DNA of 64,000 nucleotides, from NCBI GenBank assembly GCA_001643675.2, contig LSRY02000004.1:1240001-1304000 (forward strand), written 5' to 3'. The stretch comes from Monocercomonoides exilis PA203 (Eukaryota > Protista > Preaxostyla). The notes below the pieces were generated by a model, which saw nothing but the letters and a program-made list of their open reading frames with translations, was not told the DNA's origin and did no database searches. The position numbers and the translations under genes are program-made. Below, piece by piece: positions 9,179 through 21,671 of this stretch; the stretch's first letter is position 1; the number at the start of each line of letters is the position of its first letter.

Positions 9179-12100
9179 TGATGAAGAGATAGATGATGAA
9201 TCTGAATCATCAGAAGAGAAGTCAGAGTGCATCACAATGCAAATGACCATATGTTCTGAGAACAACACAATGTGAGGACTCAGATTGGCAAGAGAAGAGA
9301 GCGGATTGTCCATTTCATCAAAGGAGTGGAGCGCAAGATTCGCCACCCAGAACAGGATTTGGGCAGCTGTTTGCTCCCTCTCCTCCACCGTCCCGATTGC
9401 CATCTCCTTCTTCTCATTCTTTCCATGAAGCAGCATGAACAAAGAATCCCTCAGATCAACAATAAGTTTTTCATGAGGCGATGAACAGGCCATTACATCC
9501 ACCAGATTCGACATCGAAGAGGTAGTTGGGCACAGATCTTCCCTTCGAACAAAAGTTGAATCAGAATCGGTTGTTGAAGTGGATGAAATGGATGGTGATG
9601 GTGTTCTCTTTCTTGTCTCTTCCTCTTCTTTTTCGTCAATCTTCTCCAACACCCAATCAGGAATTTTGTCTGAGTCTCTTCCCAGGATATATTCAGTTGA
9701 CCCACTCTCACTCAACAAATGCTCGGATGATTCATAATGTTGCATATTCGTATCATACACCATCTTCTTTATCCTCTCTTCATTCTTCTTCTCAACATCC
9801 CCTGCCACTCTCCTCCACTGCTCCTCGGGAGACATCTCCATCGTCACCATCTCAAACACCTTTGGATCCTTATTCACTGTGTCTTCCACAATCACCTCCA
9901 GCTCTTCTGTTCGTCTCTTTTGCTTCCTCCATCGAACAACAAAAATTACAAGTGCTATCAGAACAATCAATAGAACTGTGGCCATAATGATCACAATCAA
10001 CGCCCATGATGATTTCCCTTCTTTTCCTCCCTCAACAATTCTTCCATCTCCTTTTATTTCAGATTCGCTTCTGTTCTTCAGAACAAACGATTCGGTTGAT
10101 GAAGGAGAGTCTATTCTTCCAAACAGAATGCACACAGACACTTCTGCCTCTTCTGGAGCCGAGCGGATGGCGCCTGATGGCAGCACCCCCACAGCCTCGC
10201 CCTCACCCGCAAACCCGTCTGCCTCGAACTGGTGAGCTGCCATCGACGAGGCTGACCCAACGGTGGTTGCCATCTGGAACCACAGGTTGCACGGCAAGAG
10301 AAGCGATCCATGGAACTTCAATGTTGTCTCGCCTCCATTGTCTTCAGCCTCCACGCCATCCAGCCGCGGAATAAAGAAAACAGAATCTCTTTCTTCAGCC
10401 ATCCCTCCCACAGTGCACCCTTCATTCAGAATCCACATCGAGGTGTTGGGCAGCACCCCATCTCCACCTTTCAAACTCATCACATCCAGCGATCCTGCAT
10501 CTCCACACACAATGTTTCTTCTTGCTGATGGGTATCCTTCGATTGATGGATTATTGTTCGCAAACTCTCCTTTCTCGATGGTTGTGCTCCCCCCACGCAC
10601 AGACAGGCCTCCCTCAGGCGAGTTGGCAAAGGAGGTGTCTTTCATCGCTGCTGTGCTGCTCACCATCTCCACAAGCGATCCATTCCATCTGCATATTTCC
10701 CTTCTGAATTTATTCAAATCGATATCTCCAAAGAGAGATCCCTCAAACAGGCAGGAGTTGATCAACAGATTTTTCACTGAAATTGCTGACATTAGGCTTC
10801 CTCTTTTTATTCCTGATTTGCATTTTCTGCATGAGCAGTTGCGCATTTCAAATGCAGAAGTTGAATGAGACACACTTGCAATACAAGGGCCAGAAGTCGA
10901 TCTGCTGATATTTTCAAAGGATGAGAGTCGAAGCGAAATGAAAGCCAATGAAGGACTATTATCAGTTGAAATCACACATCCACTTTGCAGAGTGATGTTT
11001 GATGCCACAAGCTTCGAAACACTTATTTTCTGGATAAGGTCACACTCGATCATGGATCCCGTATAATGCATTTCATGAATCGTCAGATCTTCAAAAACAG
11101 CACTTTCAGATTTCTTTATCCAAAATAAAGGCTTTGACAGCACAAACCCCCATGCACTACACTTCTCTGCTTCAACAGCACCGTCTTCAACAATCAGAAT
11201 GGAAAAATCATGAAAGGCAATCGAATTTCCAGATGACTCACTATTTGCCACAAACGAGACTGAATCCAGAAAGAGCGATCCATTCAATTGGAGCATCAGG
11301 CACGAGCAGACAACACTCTGCATCGCATCAAAGACAAATTGCACTCTCTCAAATCGAACAGATTCTGATGTTGAAATAATGCTCTCATTCCCAATGTCCA
11401 TTCCACAAACAGAAATGTTTGCGCTCAGCCAAGATTCCATCGATTTGATTGTCACTTTTTGAGCAGAACAAGAATATCTCAAAGCTGTCTCATTCCAAAT
11501 ATACAGCTGTGAATAATCTGATGGGATGATGTGGCTCACCCCAACATTCAGTGACGAGCATGTGCCCTTCATTTCCCCACAATTCTTGCTGTCGCTGCTG
11601 TTCTCCGCAATCGAAGACACAAATATGAATTCGCTCCTGAACACATACACTCTTCGCAACAAATCCTCCTCATCTCCATAATTGTCTGCTGTGCACCCCC
11701 ATATAGCCAGATCCTTCACAAATGACTCTCCAAAATTTATCAGGAACTGCCGCTCAGTAATCTGAGAGTCAAGATCAGTGCACTTCACAAACACATCTCT
11801 CCCCTTCGATGCAACATTCCCTTTAAGTGTGATGTTAGACAGCACAAAAGGCAACGCCTTCTGTGCAACACTTTGTGATTTCAAAAATATCCCTCCTCCT
11901 CTCCCAATATTCGAACAGAAACAGTTTGTCACATTCGTGTGGTTCATTTCCAGTCTCCCTAACTCATTGAGAAGGGAAAACATTCCTCCTCCTTCATTCA
12001 AGCTTGTCGATCCACACCCATCAATTGTCGAATTCTCCATTTTCAGTCTCACTTCATTTGTCACATCACAGAAAAGCAGTGAAGGGTTGTTTGACGCACT

Positions 12101-15100
12101 GTGCTTCACATTCACAAACGAACATTTCTCAAATAGAATATTCCATTTTTCTTCTGCATTAGCATTCTCCCTCTCAGAAATCACACTTTCACTCGTCACA
12201 ATTGCACTTTTCCCACTCAAAGAAATATCTTCAAATGTCACATTGTTCATAGTTATCGCACAATCAGGTAATATACTTATTATCTCATGTGTCGTTGAGA
12301 ATCCAGATATTTCTGTTTTTTCAATCTCAACAATTCCTTTTTCTGCGCTGATCAAAACAAATGACAATTCATCCTCAGCATTGTTGCTTGTGTGAATCGA
12401 ACAGCACGCAACACTCATTTTGATTGCATCTGATCCCGCCTTGATGAGGATGTTTGCATCATTGTCAAATGAAGTTGGAATTGTGATTCCAACTTCATGA
12501 AATTGAACAACCCCTTTACATTCAACAACAGCATCTCCATTCCCTTCAAGTGATTGAGCAAATTGAATTTTGTCTGTTTCACCATTTGTTCCTTCCAACT
12601 TCATCACGCTCAAACATATTTCTCTCCTCACATCACAAATCCCCTGAACTGCAATTGATTCAATCCCTAAGTTACTCCCTCTCTTCACACCATAATCAAC
12701 AGAAGCGCATGGATACTCGCTCAATCCACACACAACAACATTGTTTCCTTTCTCTGCAATATACACGCTCGATCCAATAGATTTCCAGAAATAGATCAGT
12801 GGAATCGCACATTCCCTGTTCCTTCCATCATATCCCCTCATCGAGTCTTCTGTCAATGTCTCCAATCTATCTTTCACAAATGGAAGTGTTTCATTCTTAA
12901 CGCTCTGTACAAGCGATGTAGATGAAATAAACAAATCCTTCCCATATTTCGCATTGTTTTGCTTGTCAGATGAAAAAACAGGTGAGGATATCACAAACCC
13001 CACTTCCTCCTCTTCTTCTTGTTTCAGCATCTTCATCATTATTCCTCCCCCATATCCAATTGCTTCCCCTTCATATGGAGCTGTGCAACAATAAAACGAA
13101 CATCTATTAATTATGAGATTCGTTTTCGAAGATGCCTCACAAAGGAATGCACCTCCTCCAATCTCATTTCCCTCTCCAACAACAACGCAGCCTTCAAATG
13201 TGCAGTCAAACATTTCCACTTTGTAATCTCTATTTTCATCTCCATTGTTCGAAACACTTACACATCCTCCACTTCCCTTCGAACGAGTAATCGATGAAAA
13301 TGTGCATCCCGACATCTCTTCAATAATCCCCTTTTTGCACTCAACAACACACCCATCGTTAAATGTGATTTCTCCAAAATCGCTCTTCGTCATATTCATA
13401 GAAGGCACACTTTCAGCATTCCCTTCAACAACAAATATCGATGAACCCCATTTGGCAACGCTTTCTGATCCAAACTCACTCACTTCCACAACCCCTGCAA
13501 CAGCCTTCACAAACATTGTTGAAATAGGCTCAGTGCCTCCTTCGATCCCACATCCATTCAGTGTGAGCTTCCCTGAATGGCACTCAAACACACTTTCATG
13601 AAATGTTAGCGATTTCGTCAAAGAAAATACAATACCAGTCACAGACACAGACACCGAGCTTTCAATCAATCCACTTTGTGTTCCTTGTATCAGATCAGAG
13701 ACATCACATTTCATTTCATTCTCTTTGGATGCAATGCTCCATTCATTTGAAGTCAACCCCAGTTCCTCCTCAAAGACAAATGGCTCAAGAAGAGCAACAT
13801 CCTTTTTCTTCCCCTCAAAGTGGATTGACACTGCCTTCGAAATGGATGAGCACGGAAACTCTTCAAATCCACACTTCGAAAAATCATGGCTCAATAATCC
13901 TCCTCCAACAAATTCATATCCTGAAAAGTTGTTCCACAAATAGACACACAATGGAATTGAAAACGATTCATCCCCATTTTCATATCCTTGCATCTTGCTC
14001 TTTGTTTCTAACGAAGCTGTCAATGAAGTGATCTTCCCACTTGTTGCTGTTGATTCCAAATCAATCGAGTCAACAAAAATACCGCTTCCCCATCTGGCCC
14101 TGTTCCCTTCAAATCCTGATGAAATCAGAAAGTCTGCATTTGTGTCTCTCACTTTCAGCCCAATTCCTCCTCCTTTCCCTTGTGTGGCTGAGGCATAACA
14201 GTTCTTCACCATGCCTCCATTCATCTTCAACGAACCAATATTCTTCATTTCAGCCATCATTCCCCCTCCAAATTCACAGTCTTCATTCCCACACCCATCA
14301 ATCGTGCATCCTTCAAGTGTTACAGAATATGACCCTTCACTCACACTCATCAGCGATGATCCTGCTGTTATCCTCACGATGTTGCTGAATGTTAAGTTAT
14401 CCAGAGTCAACGAAATTGCTGCCTCCCGAGAAAGTAATATCAAACTTGTGGAGTTGAATGTTTGTCCCCAAAATACATCATTCATCATCAAACTTCCCCC
14501 TTCCAGTTTCACAAGTGAGTTCTGAATGCTCCTTTCCTCTGAATGAGTTGAATCCATCGAAATATTCATTCGCTTCACATCCATCAACCCACTTCCCTCA
14601 ACCTCAAACAGTCTGCTTCTTCGGTTGTTTTCAATCGAGGTGTTATGGACCACAGATAAATCGCTCACACTCAATTCCCCTGTTCCAACACAAAACAGAC
14701 TCAATCCATTTCCCTCAAATATTGTTTCAATGGATGAGCCAGCTGGTGAAACACCGTTCACAGAAATCGTTTTCTCTCCAACATCAACTCCTTTTCCTTC
14801 CACAACTGTTCCACTCAACACCTTGATTTCCTCTACAAACCCCTCAATCATTTGGGAAAGGCAATGACTGATTGCGAGGCATGCATAACTTTCATTCAAT
14901 CCATAGCTGAATGCATCTTTTGCATAATCTTGACTCTTATTAGAAGAAACAAATCTGCTTCTTCCTCCATTGTTTGTAAGCCATTCACTTTTGTCTCCGT
15001 TTGCATTGTATCTCACTCCTTCAGTTCTTGTGGAATAACAGAAAGCAACTTGGGAGTTTGTTGAGTCATCGTTAACATAAATGTCATTGCCATATGGTGC

Positions 15101-16431
15101 TGTGTTATTGTTGAAAAAGCAAAACCATAAAAGATTTCCACTATATCCATTTGTTGAAATACTTACAGCTCCCCCTCTCCAATCTGAATGACATCCTTGA
15201 AAAAGACAACTATGAGCAACAACTTTATCTGTTGCGCCCCAACTAATATAACCTCCTCCATCAGAACTTGTGACATTGTGGCAGCTACAGTTTTGAAAGA
15301 TTCAGTTCAAAATACAATCTTTTGTCTTTGTAGATTTAGAAGAGAAAACGATAAGTCCACCTGCATCATTGTCAGACCAATTATCTTTAAACATACAATT
15401 TTCAACAAGCACTTAAACAGACATCCCACGTATTTCTGCACCTGCACCTCCATAGTCGTTCAAAGAAGCGCAATAGCATTCCAAAAAAGAGCATTGTTTA
15501 ACAGTGCATTCACCAATATTCAAAGCATAAATCCCTCCACCACGGGAAGATGTTGCGCTGCATTTCACAAATGACGAATTCTCAACTGTTAATGTTGCAT
15601 TCTTATTGTCATGCGCATACAGTGCTCCGCCGCAATCGGATGAACAGTTAATCCATTCAGCATTCTTAAAGTTCTGTGTCTCAGTGGTTGACAGCCTGCC
15701 TGAATTCTTCACTCTTTGATCCACCCTTTCATTGAGATGGAATGTGCAGTTGTTGCATAAAAATGAATCTGATCCTTCTGTTCCGCTCACAATTCCTCCT
15801 TCAAGCGCATTTATCGACTTTTCAATAACGCTATCTTCCAAACAGTTCATTTTCATCATTATCAAATTTTTGCTCTCCTGTTTGCCTATTCCAACAAGTT
15901 GCTCAGTAATATTTGCAAAATGACATTTTTTTATATGTTCGAATCTTCCTTTTCCATTCGTCACAACACCCTCTCTTCCAAATAAAATAATATTATTCCA
16001 TACGCAATTCCTCATATTATCATTGATTCTTCTCCATCCATTTCGACAACACTTCCCATCATATGTCCTTTCTGGTTCAGTGTCAAAGTTATATTCTCAA
16101 TCTCGCATAATCCTCCATTTCTTATCCATCCCAAGCTCTCTTCACATTCCCCGTAACATTGGCACACTTCCATCATCAATAGAGATTTCTCATTAACATC
16201 AAGTGCAAAATTGTCCCACCGCCTTTTTAAAAAAATTTGCAATAATGATAGTGAAGAGTTTGCAATATTGCACTTCATCTCCGTTGTGCTTTCTCCTTCT
16301 GCAATCATTTTTTTGGATTCAACAAGCATAACGAAAGCAGTATCACGCATTTCTGGTTTATCAATTAAAATATTGCAACAAATAATTCCAAGTAAGCACA
16401 CAGCGAAAAACAAAGGATTCATTTTTGACAT
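8684..16431 (-). pseudogene. Giant beta-helix / TM / pseudokinase receptor gene, disrupted in its 5' part (last >2100 codons open)
   Basis: Signal peptide MSKMNPLFFAVCLLGIICC at 16431; frameshift near 16015 (ATA ATA TGA / ATG AGG); in-frame TAA at 15415-15413 and TGA at 15304-15302; then continuous into ORF 8684..15016. Carries GGA(I/L) and FxxN beta-helix motifs, CG..PC modules, TM WALIVIIMATVLLIVLIALVIFVV and a pseudokinase tail. Confidence 0.85.
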
Positions 16432-16559
16432 CCTGTTTATGGGTTATTATCAAATTAATTTTTATATTCGAAAAAACAGAATTATGAACTTATTTCAACA
16501 ACTATAAAAAAACAGAATTCCATTTTTTTGTATCATTATCTAATTTTCTTTGTTAAAAA

Positions 16560-16561
<2 letters not shown>

Positions 16562-16595
<34 letters not shown>
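16562..16595. repeat. Poly(dA:dT) tract ~130 bp upstream of the receptor gene start
   Basis: Uninterrupted A run of about 34 nt. Confidence 0.8.
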
Positions 16596-16598
<3 letters not shown>

Positions 16599-17222
16599 TT
16601 ATATGAAAACGAAAATGATTAAAATCTTTTGGATAAATATATTATTCAATATCCAGCTTTTTTATTAAATTTTATAGCAAGAACGCATTATATGGGAAGT
16701 GTCAATTTTCTACGAAATAAAAATGTGACTAATGTTATAAATAGATATTATGTTTTAACGCATTTTTGATATGCTGAAGTTGTGAAAAAAGTCAAAAACA
16801 AAAAATTAAAAATTAAGAAAAAATGTGTGAATAAATGTCTTTGAGATGGTAATTTCAAAAAAATAGATTAATCAACTTCCATGGGATCAAATTCTGATGC
16901 ATTTGCACCGTCACCAGCTCCAAGTGAATCTGATTCTTCAAATTCTGTCATTTGAAGAATGTCATTTTCATCCAATATATCAGATTCTCGATCTGATTCT
17001 GTCGAGTCGCTTTCTTCACTTTCAAATTCTTCCGATTCATTTTCTTTCACAGTAAAATCGAAAACGAGATCCTTTATGAGATTTTCAAATTGTGTTTGTT
17101 AGTTTCTTCTGACAAAACACATAGATAAATAGTCACCAAGATACTTTTCTCTCCATCTTGTTCTTGGAAAAAACTTCCGAAAATTTATCCGCAAACCTTT
17201 GACAGTGTTTGTGCATGAATGT

Positions 17223-17482
17223 GGGTAATTATTTTTGAAATCATAACTTTTTTCGGAATGTTGATTTTTCGAAGATTGCTTGTCACCGGGAAGAGATTTT
17301 GTTTTGAAATGCTAAAAATTATCAGAATTATTTTTCAGACATATGTTTTTTCTGAAAAAAGAACGACGATGCCTTTTATAATCCTTTTCTCTTTTCAGTG
17401 TTCTTTTAGTGATATAAAAATATCTATATATATATAACCGAATTATTTGAATGAAAAAATATGATTTCAAAAATAATCTCCC
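17223..17482. mobile_element. 260 bp MITE with GGG...CCC termini, ~30 bp TIR and 4-bp TSD ATGT
   Basis: Left GGGTAATTATTTTTGAAATCATA vs reverse complement of right GGGAGATTATTTTTGAAATCATA; ATGT at 17219-22 and 17483-86. Removing it restores the Merlin frame (KNKITH|SCTNTV). Confidence 0.88.
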
Positions 17483-17709
17483 ATGTGTTATTTTATTTTT
17501 GAATTCTCGCTTGTGACAAACGGTATCATGAGTGTGACCATAATCTTTCAATCTTGCATAAGCCTTCCATTCATCGCTCATGATCCGAGTTCCAGGAAGA
17601 ATTTTGGCTCGAACTATTGGAACCAATGTTTCAGCCTTTCTGTTTGGCGCGATCATCACGAAGTTCTTCCCAGCGCTTCCCTCTGGCTTCCTTTCGATAA
17701 CTCCAAATA

Positions 17710-18136
17710 CAGTCAAGCTCGGTTATAATCACAATCCATTTTGCACAATTTTTTGTGATTAAAACCGAACTTGATTATAACCGAACCATCTTTTTCATAG
17801 AAAAGTTTTTCTGAATATTTTTTTGAAGATAAAAAAAGAAAAATTTTCAGTATTTATAAAAATACACACATTTGAATCGATTTTTCAATTTATAATGTTT
17901 TATTGAAAATTTTTGTCCATTATAAAGCAGAAAAAACAACTTTCATTTTTTCAAAAATTTCAAAATATACAGAAAAACACCCATAAATTATCAAAATTTG
18001 TGATTATTCACGATTTTTATGTGATTATAACAGATGAAATTACACAAGGAAAAATGCAAATTATATTGATGCACGAAAAAATGTGATTATTCGCGACCTT
18101 GATAACAACAGAGGTGATAATAACCGAGCTTCACTG
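17710..18136. mobile_element. 427 bp Tc1/mariner(pogo)-type MITE, TA TSD
   Basis: TA-CAGTCAAGCTCGGTTATAATCAC ... GTGATAATAACCGAGCTTCACTG-TA; inserted just before the FGVIER motif of the Merlin transposase. Confidence 0.88.
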
Positions 18137-19501
18137 TATCTCAAATTAACTCCTTCTTTTTCACCAGACCCAGCTTTTTGCACCTCCAAGTCGCTTTGTC
18201 GATCTCCATAATTCTTCACGGCCCTTTTTTGGTAGCTTGATTTTTGTTCCATGTCAATGTGCATATGACTCGAATAACACTCGTTCAATAATGTGTTGTG
18301 TTTTCACTTTTTCCAAGCAGTTCACAAATGTGTGCGGCTGACATACCAATGAAACAATATAAAACAATCATCAAAAACATTCTCAGTTGAATTTTCGAAT
18401 TTTCCAAAGATGTGTTAATAAAAGTTGACTGTTTTTTTGCAACTTTTTCCTCACATCCTATAATTGAAAAATTCACCTCCAGATGAAAATAACAATTTGC
18501 ATTTATAAAGTCTGCATGCAAAAGTTTCTCCTTCAAGAGAAAATTCTAAATAACATTTCCATTCACCCATTTCATCCGAAAAAATGTCGTTGAGTTCACA
18601 AATAGGTGTTTTTGTGAACATTCTGTGTGATAAATACATTTGAAGAATGTTTGATCACACCCATAAACACTTGAAAATAACCTTTTTTCGAAAAAAAATT
18701 TATTTTTTGAACACTTTCCGCTTGTTTTTTGGAGATAATAATTGCATTGAAATTTAAATTAATCAAATAAAACAGAAATTAACTTATTCCAGACGTTCCC
18801 GTATCTTCATGTCTTGCTGGTTTTGGTGAGTTGGAATGAATATTTGATAAAAACATTAAGTTTTCATTTTCACCTGAAAATATTATTAAATAAACTTTTC
18901 AAAATAAATTTTGACATCTGTTTAAATGAAATTATGCTATTCACATTGGAATATAAACAACCGTTAGAGCTTTGGTGGAATTTTCTTTGCTCTGATAATT
19001 TGAAAATTGGAAAAAAAAGAATGAATCAATGATTGAAATCTAATTTGCTATCGAATAATAATAAGACAAAAGCTAATGATTGAACTGTTCTGGAATAATA
19101 CACAAACTCGCAATTCAATGCAGCTCTGGCAAGATTACGTAATATTAAAATCTTCTCTTTTCATATTGCTTAGCTCATCAATTGACATATTTCTTTTTTG
19201 AAAAAAATAAAAAGTGCTTGATAAAGATAATTAGAGTGTTTCATAACCTCAACATAAAAATAAATTCATTTTTCCTTTTGAAAAAGGAAAACTTTTTTTG
19301 TAAAAATTTTATATTAAAAATAAAAATTAATATTCACAATATTATTATAAACACTTCAATAATCCTTTTTCAAACTGCATTTAGCAAACTACAATGTATT
19401 ACAAATGAAATAACAAGAACCTTTTTCGCTCATGTTCTCCAATTGCGCACTTGAAATAATATTTTCGGAAGGCACATCACGCAACTTGCCTTACTTTCAT
19501 T

Positions 19502-21638
19502 TCAACCCGAACCAACTGGCCTTCCATGTTTTGCTGTAAAAGAAATTTTATTTCCTCGCTTTTTTTCAACTTTGTGATATTTATCGATTATTTTTGGAGA
19601 GACATACATCTTATTCATATTATTAGTCTTCTCCAAACCTGATGCAAATTTATCTCCTTTTGAAGAATGTGCTTTCAAATGATCAAAATACTCATACGAA
19701 CTTTGGGAAGACAAAAGCAAAGAACCAGAATTTTCACATTCAATTTCTTTAGCTTCATCGTAAACACAATTATTTGCTTCAATGCCATCCATGGGTATTA
19801 TTCCATCTCCGCAAACTGAATCGCGATTGTGTTCGGTTTTGGCTTTTCGCTTCTTATTCTTCTCTCCACACAGGCATAGCAGCTGAGATTCATCTTTCAG
19901 AGCATCCTTGAAGCTCGATGAGAAAGGATAAGAATAGAGACGGTTAGGCGGATGCGTTGATGATAACGACGCAACTTGTGTTAGAGAAGTTGGTGACTGC
20001 CGAGAGATTGGATCAGAAAATGCAGATGAATGAAATGAATCATAGGCCTTTTCTGCCGAACGGGATCGCATGCCAAAATTCTCCTTTCCATCCCTTTTCT
20101 CCCTTCTTGCTGTTTTTCTGCTGTTTTCTTCAAATTCCTCGTTTTGATGTTTATCTTCAGGCAAATACGCCCTTCTTCTTTCAAAGTTTGTGAGGCGTAC
20201 TTCAAACTCCTTCAGTTTTTGGTCCATTTTTAGCTTTTGCTTCTGAAGTTGTCTTTTCGCGCGGCGAATGGCTGAAATCGAGCACAACTTCATTCCTTTT
20301 GCTGGATCGTATTCCTTTTGGATGTCGTTGCTTATCTTAAGCAGCATTTCTATTTCTTTTTCATTCAGACTGGCTTTTTCTGCTCTTTTTCTCTTTCTTT
20401 CCATTTCTTCTTCGTCTTTATCATCATCTTCATCTTCATCTTCGTCTTTCTCTCTTTTCATTTCTTCAGGAAGCGATGTCAAACTTTTATTCATAAAAGA
20501 ATCTCTTTTATCAAATCGCTGTTGATATTCAACAGCGTCTTCTGTTTCCTTTTGACTTGCTGATCGCTCAAACGAATGAGGAATCAATGATGGAATGGGT
20601 TTGGATGAATACTTCAAAACAGCAGGAGATGCTGCTTCAGATAAGGGAAAAGTGAGAAATGAAGAAGAAGAATGAGAAGTATGAAAAGGAGGAGGAGAAG
20701 GAGAAGAAAGAGAAGAAGGAGAAAACGGAGAAGATGAAGGAGATGAAACCGAAGAAATCGAATAAGCATCTGTCTTCCCTCGAAGTGGAGACGCCGATCC
20801 AAAAGAAGAAAGATTGAAAGACGAGCGGATGGTGGCGGGTGACGAATAAGAAGCAGCAAGCGTTCTGCCTTCTGCAAATGAAGAAACACCCTCATCCGCC
20901 TCAAAATTAAGATTATAAGCGATTTCCCCAGCTTTCTGAGGCTTTGTAGTTAGTAAGAGATCAGAAGAAGAAGAAGAAGAAGAAGAATTGTTTCTTGTTT
21001 GAATTGCTTCTTCTTTTCTTTTCCTTTGCAGAGCATAACGAGACAAATGCGATGCTTGTGGCAAAGCTGAGGAAGTCAACATATCACACTCAGATTCTGC
21101 CACTCGAGAAATTGTGCCTTCTTTGCCTGATGAATGAAATGTGTGGAAAGGAAGAATTTTGCTCTTTATGCGTTTCTTTGGGGGTATTTCTTTATTTGAA
21201 ACTTTTGGTCTAAGATTTGAAGTTTCATCTTTTTTTGAAGGAAATGCATGCGTGGCTGTTTTTGTTGTATTTGATTTATCAAAACGATTCTCCATCACTT
21301 TTATTTCCTCCTCCTCGTCATCTTCGTCATCTTTAATCTCCTCCTTTTTCCCCCATTCTTCTTCTTCCTCCTCTTTCTCTTCTTCTTCTTCTTCCCCCTC
21401 TTCTTCCTCCTCCCTCTTCCTCTTCTCCCTCAGTGCTGCTATTTCCTTCTTCAATGCACTCACTTTCTGCTCCATCTGCTCGATTGAGGCAGGGCTGCTG
21501 ATTTTGTCTGTTTTCCATCTGTTTTTGTGGGCAGAACGAGGAGTGGACAGAAAATATGCAGAAAGCATATCAGACAACTGCTTTGAGGAAAGAGAAGAAG
21601 AAGAAAAAGAAGAAGAAAATGAAGAAGAAGAAGAAGAA

Positions 21639-21671
<33 letters not shown>

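Larger units (their letters stand above)
16868..18639 (-). mobile_element. Degenerate Merlin (IS1595/ISXO2-like) DDE transposase, split by two MITEs
   Basis: Reconstructed path: HTH-like LENSKIQL..GMSAAHICELLGKS; GP*RIMEIDK; FGVIER; PNRKAETLVPIV..ILPGTRIMSDEWKAY..L...HDTVCH..F; THSCTNTVKG; YL...F.RRN; acidic tail. Contains stops, frameshifts and an E-to-K change at the third catalytic residue. No convincing TIRs found. Confidence 0.85.

Noticed and set aside
6436-17101. Alternative genetic code (TAA/TAG = Gln, known in some oxymonads) to explain in-frame TAR codons in gag, the receptor gene and Merlin
   Set aside because: Intact genes end in TAA/TAG (SH3-PH, PTB, YR), the 4098 aa ORF has no internal TAR, and the receptor and Merlin pseudogenes also contain TGA stops and frameshifts.
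16691-18803. Possible Merlin TIRs (TATGGGAAG... / ...GTTCCCGTA)
   Set aside because: Only ~8 bp of similarity and no 8-9 bp TSD.
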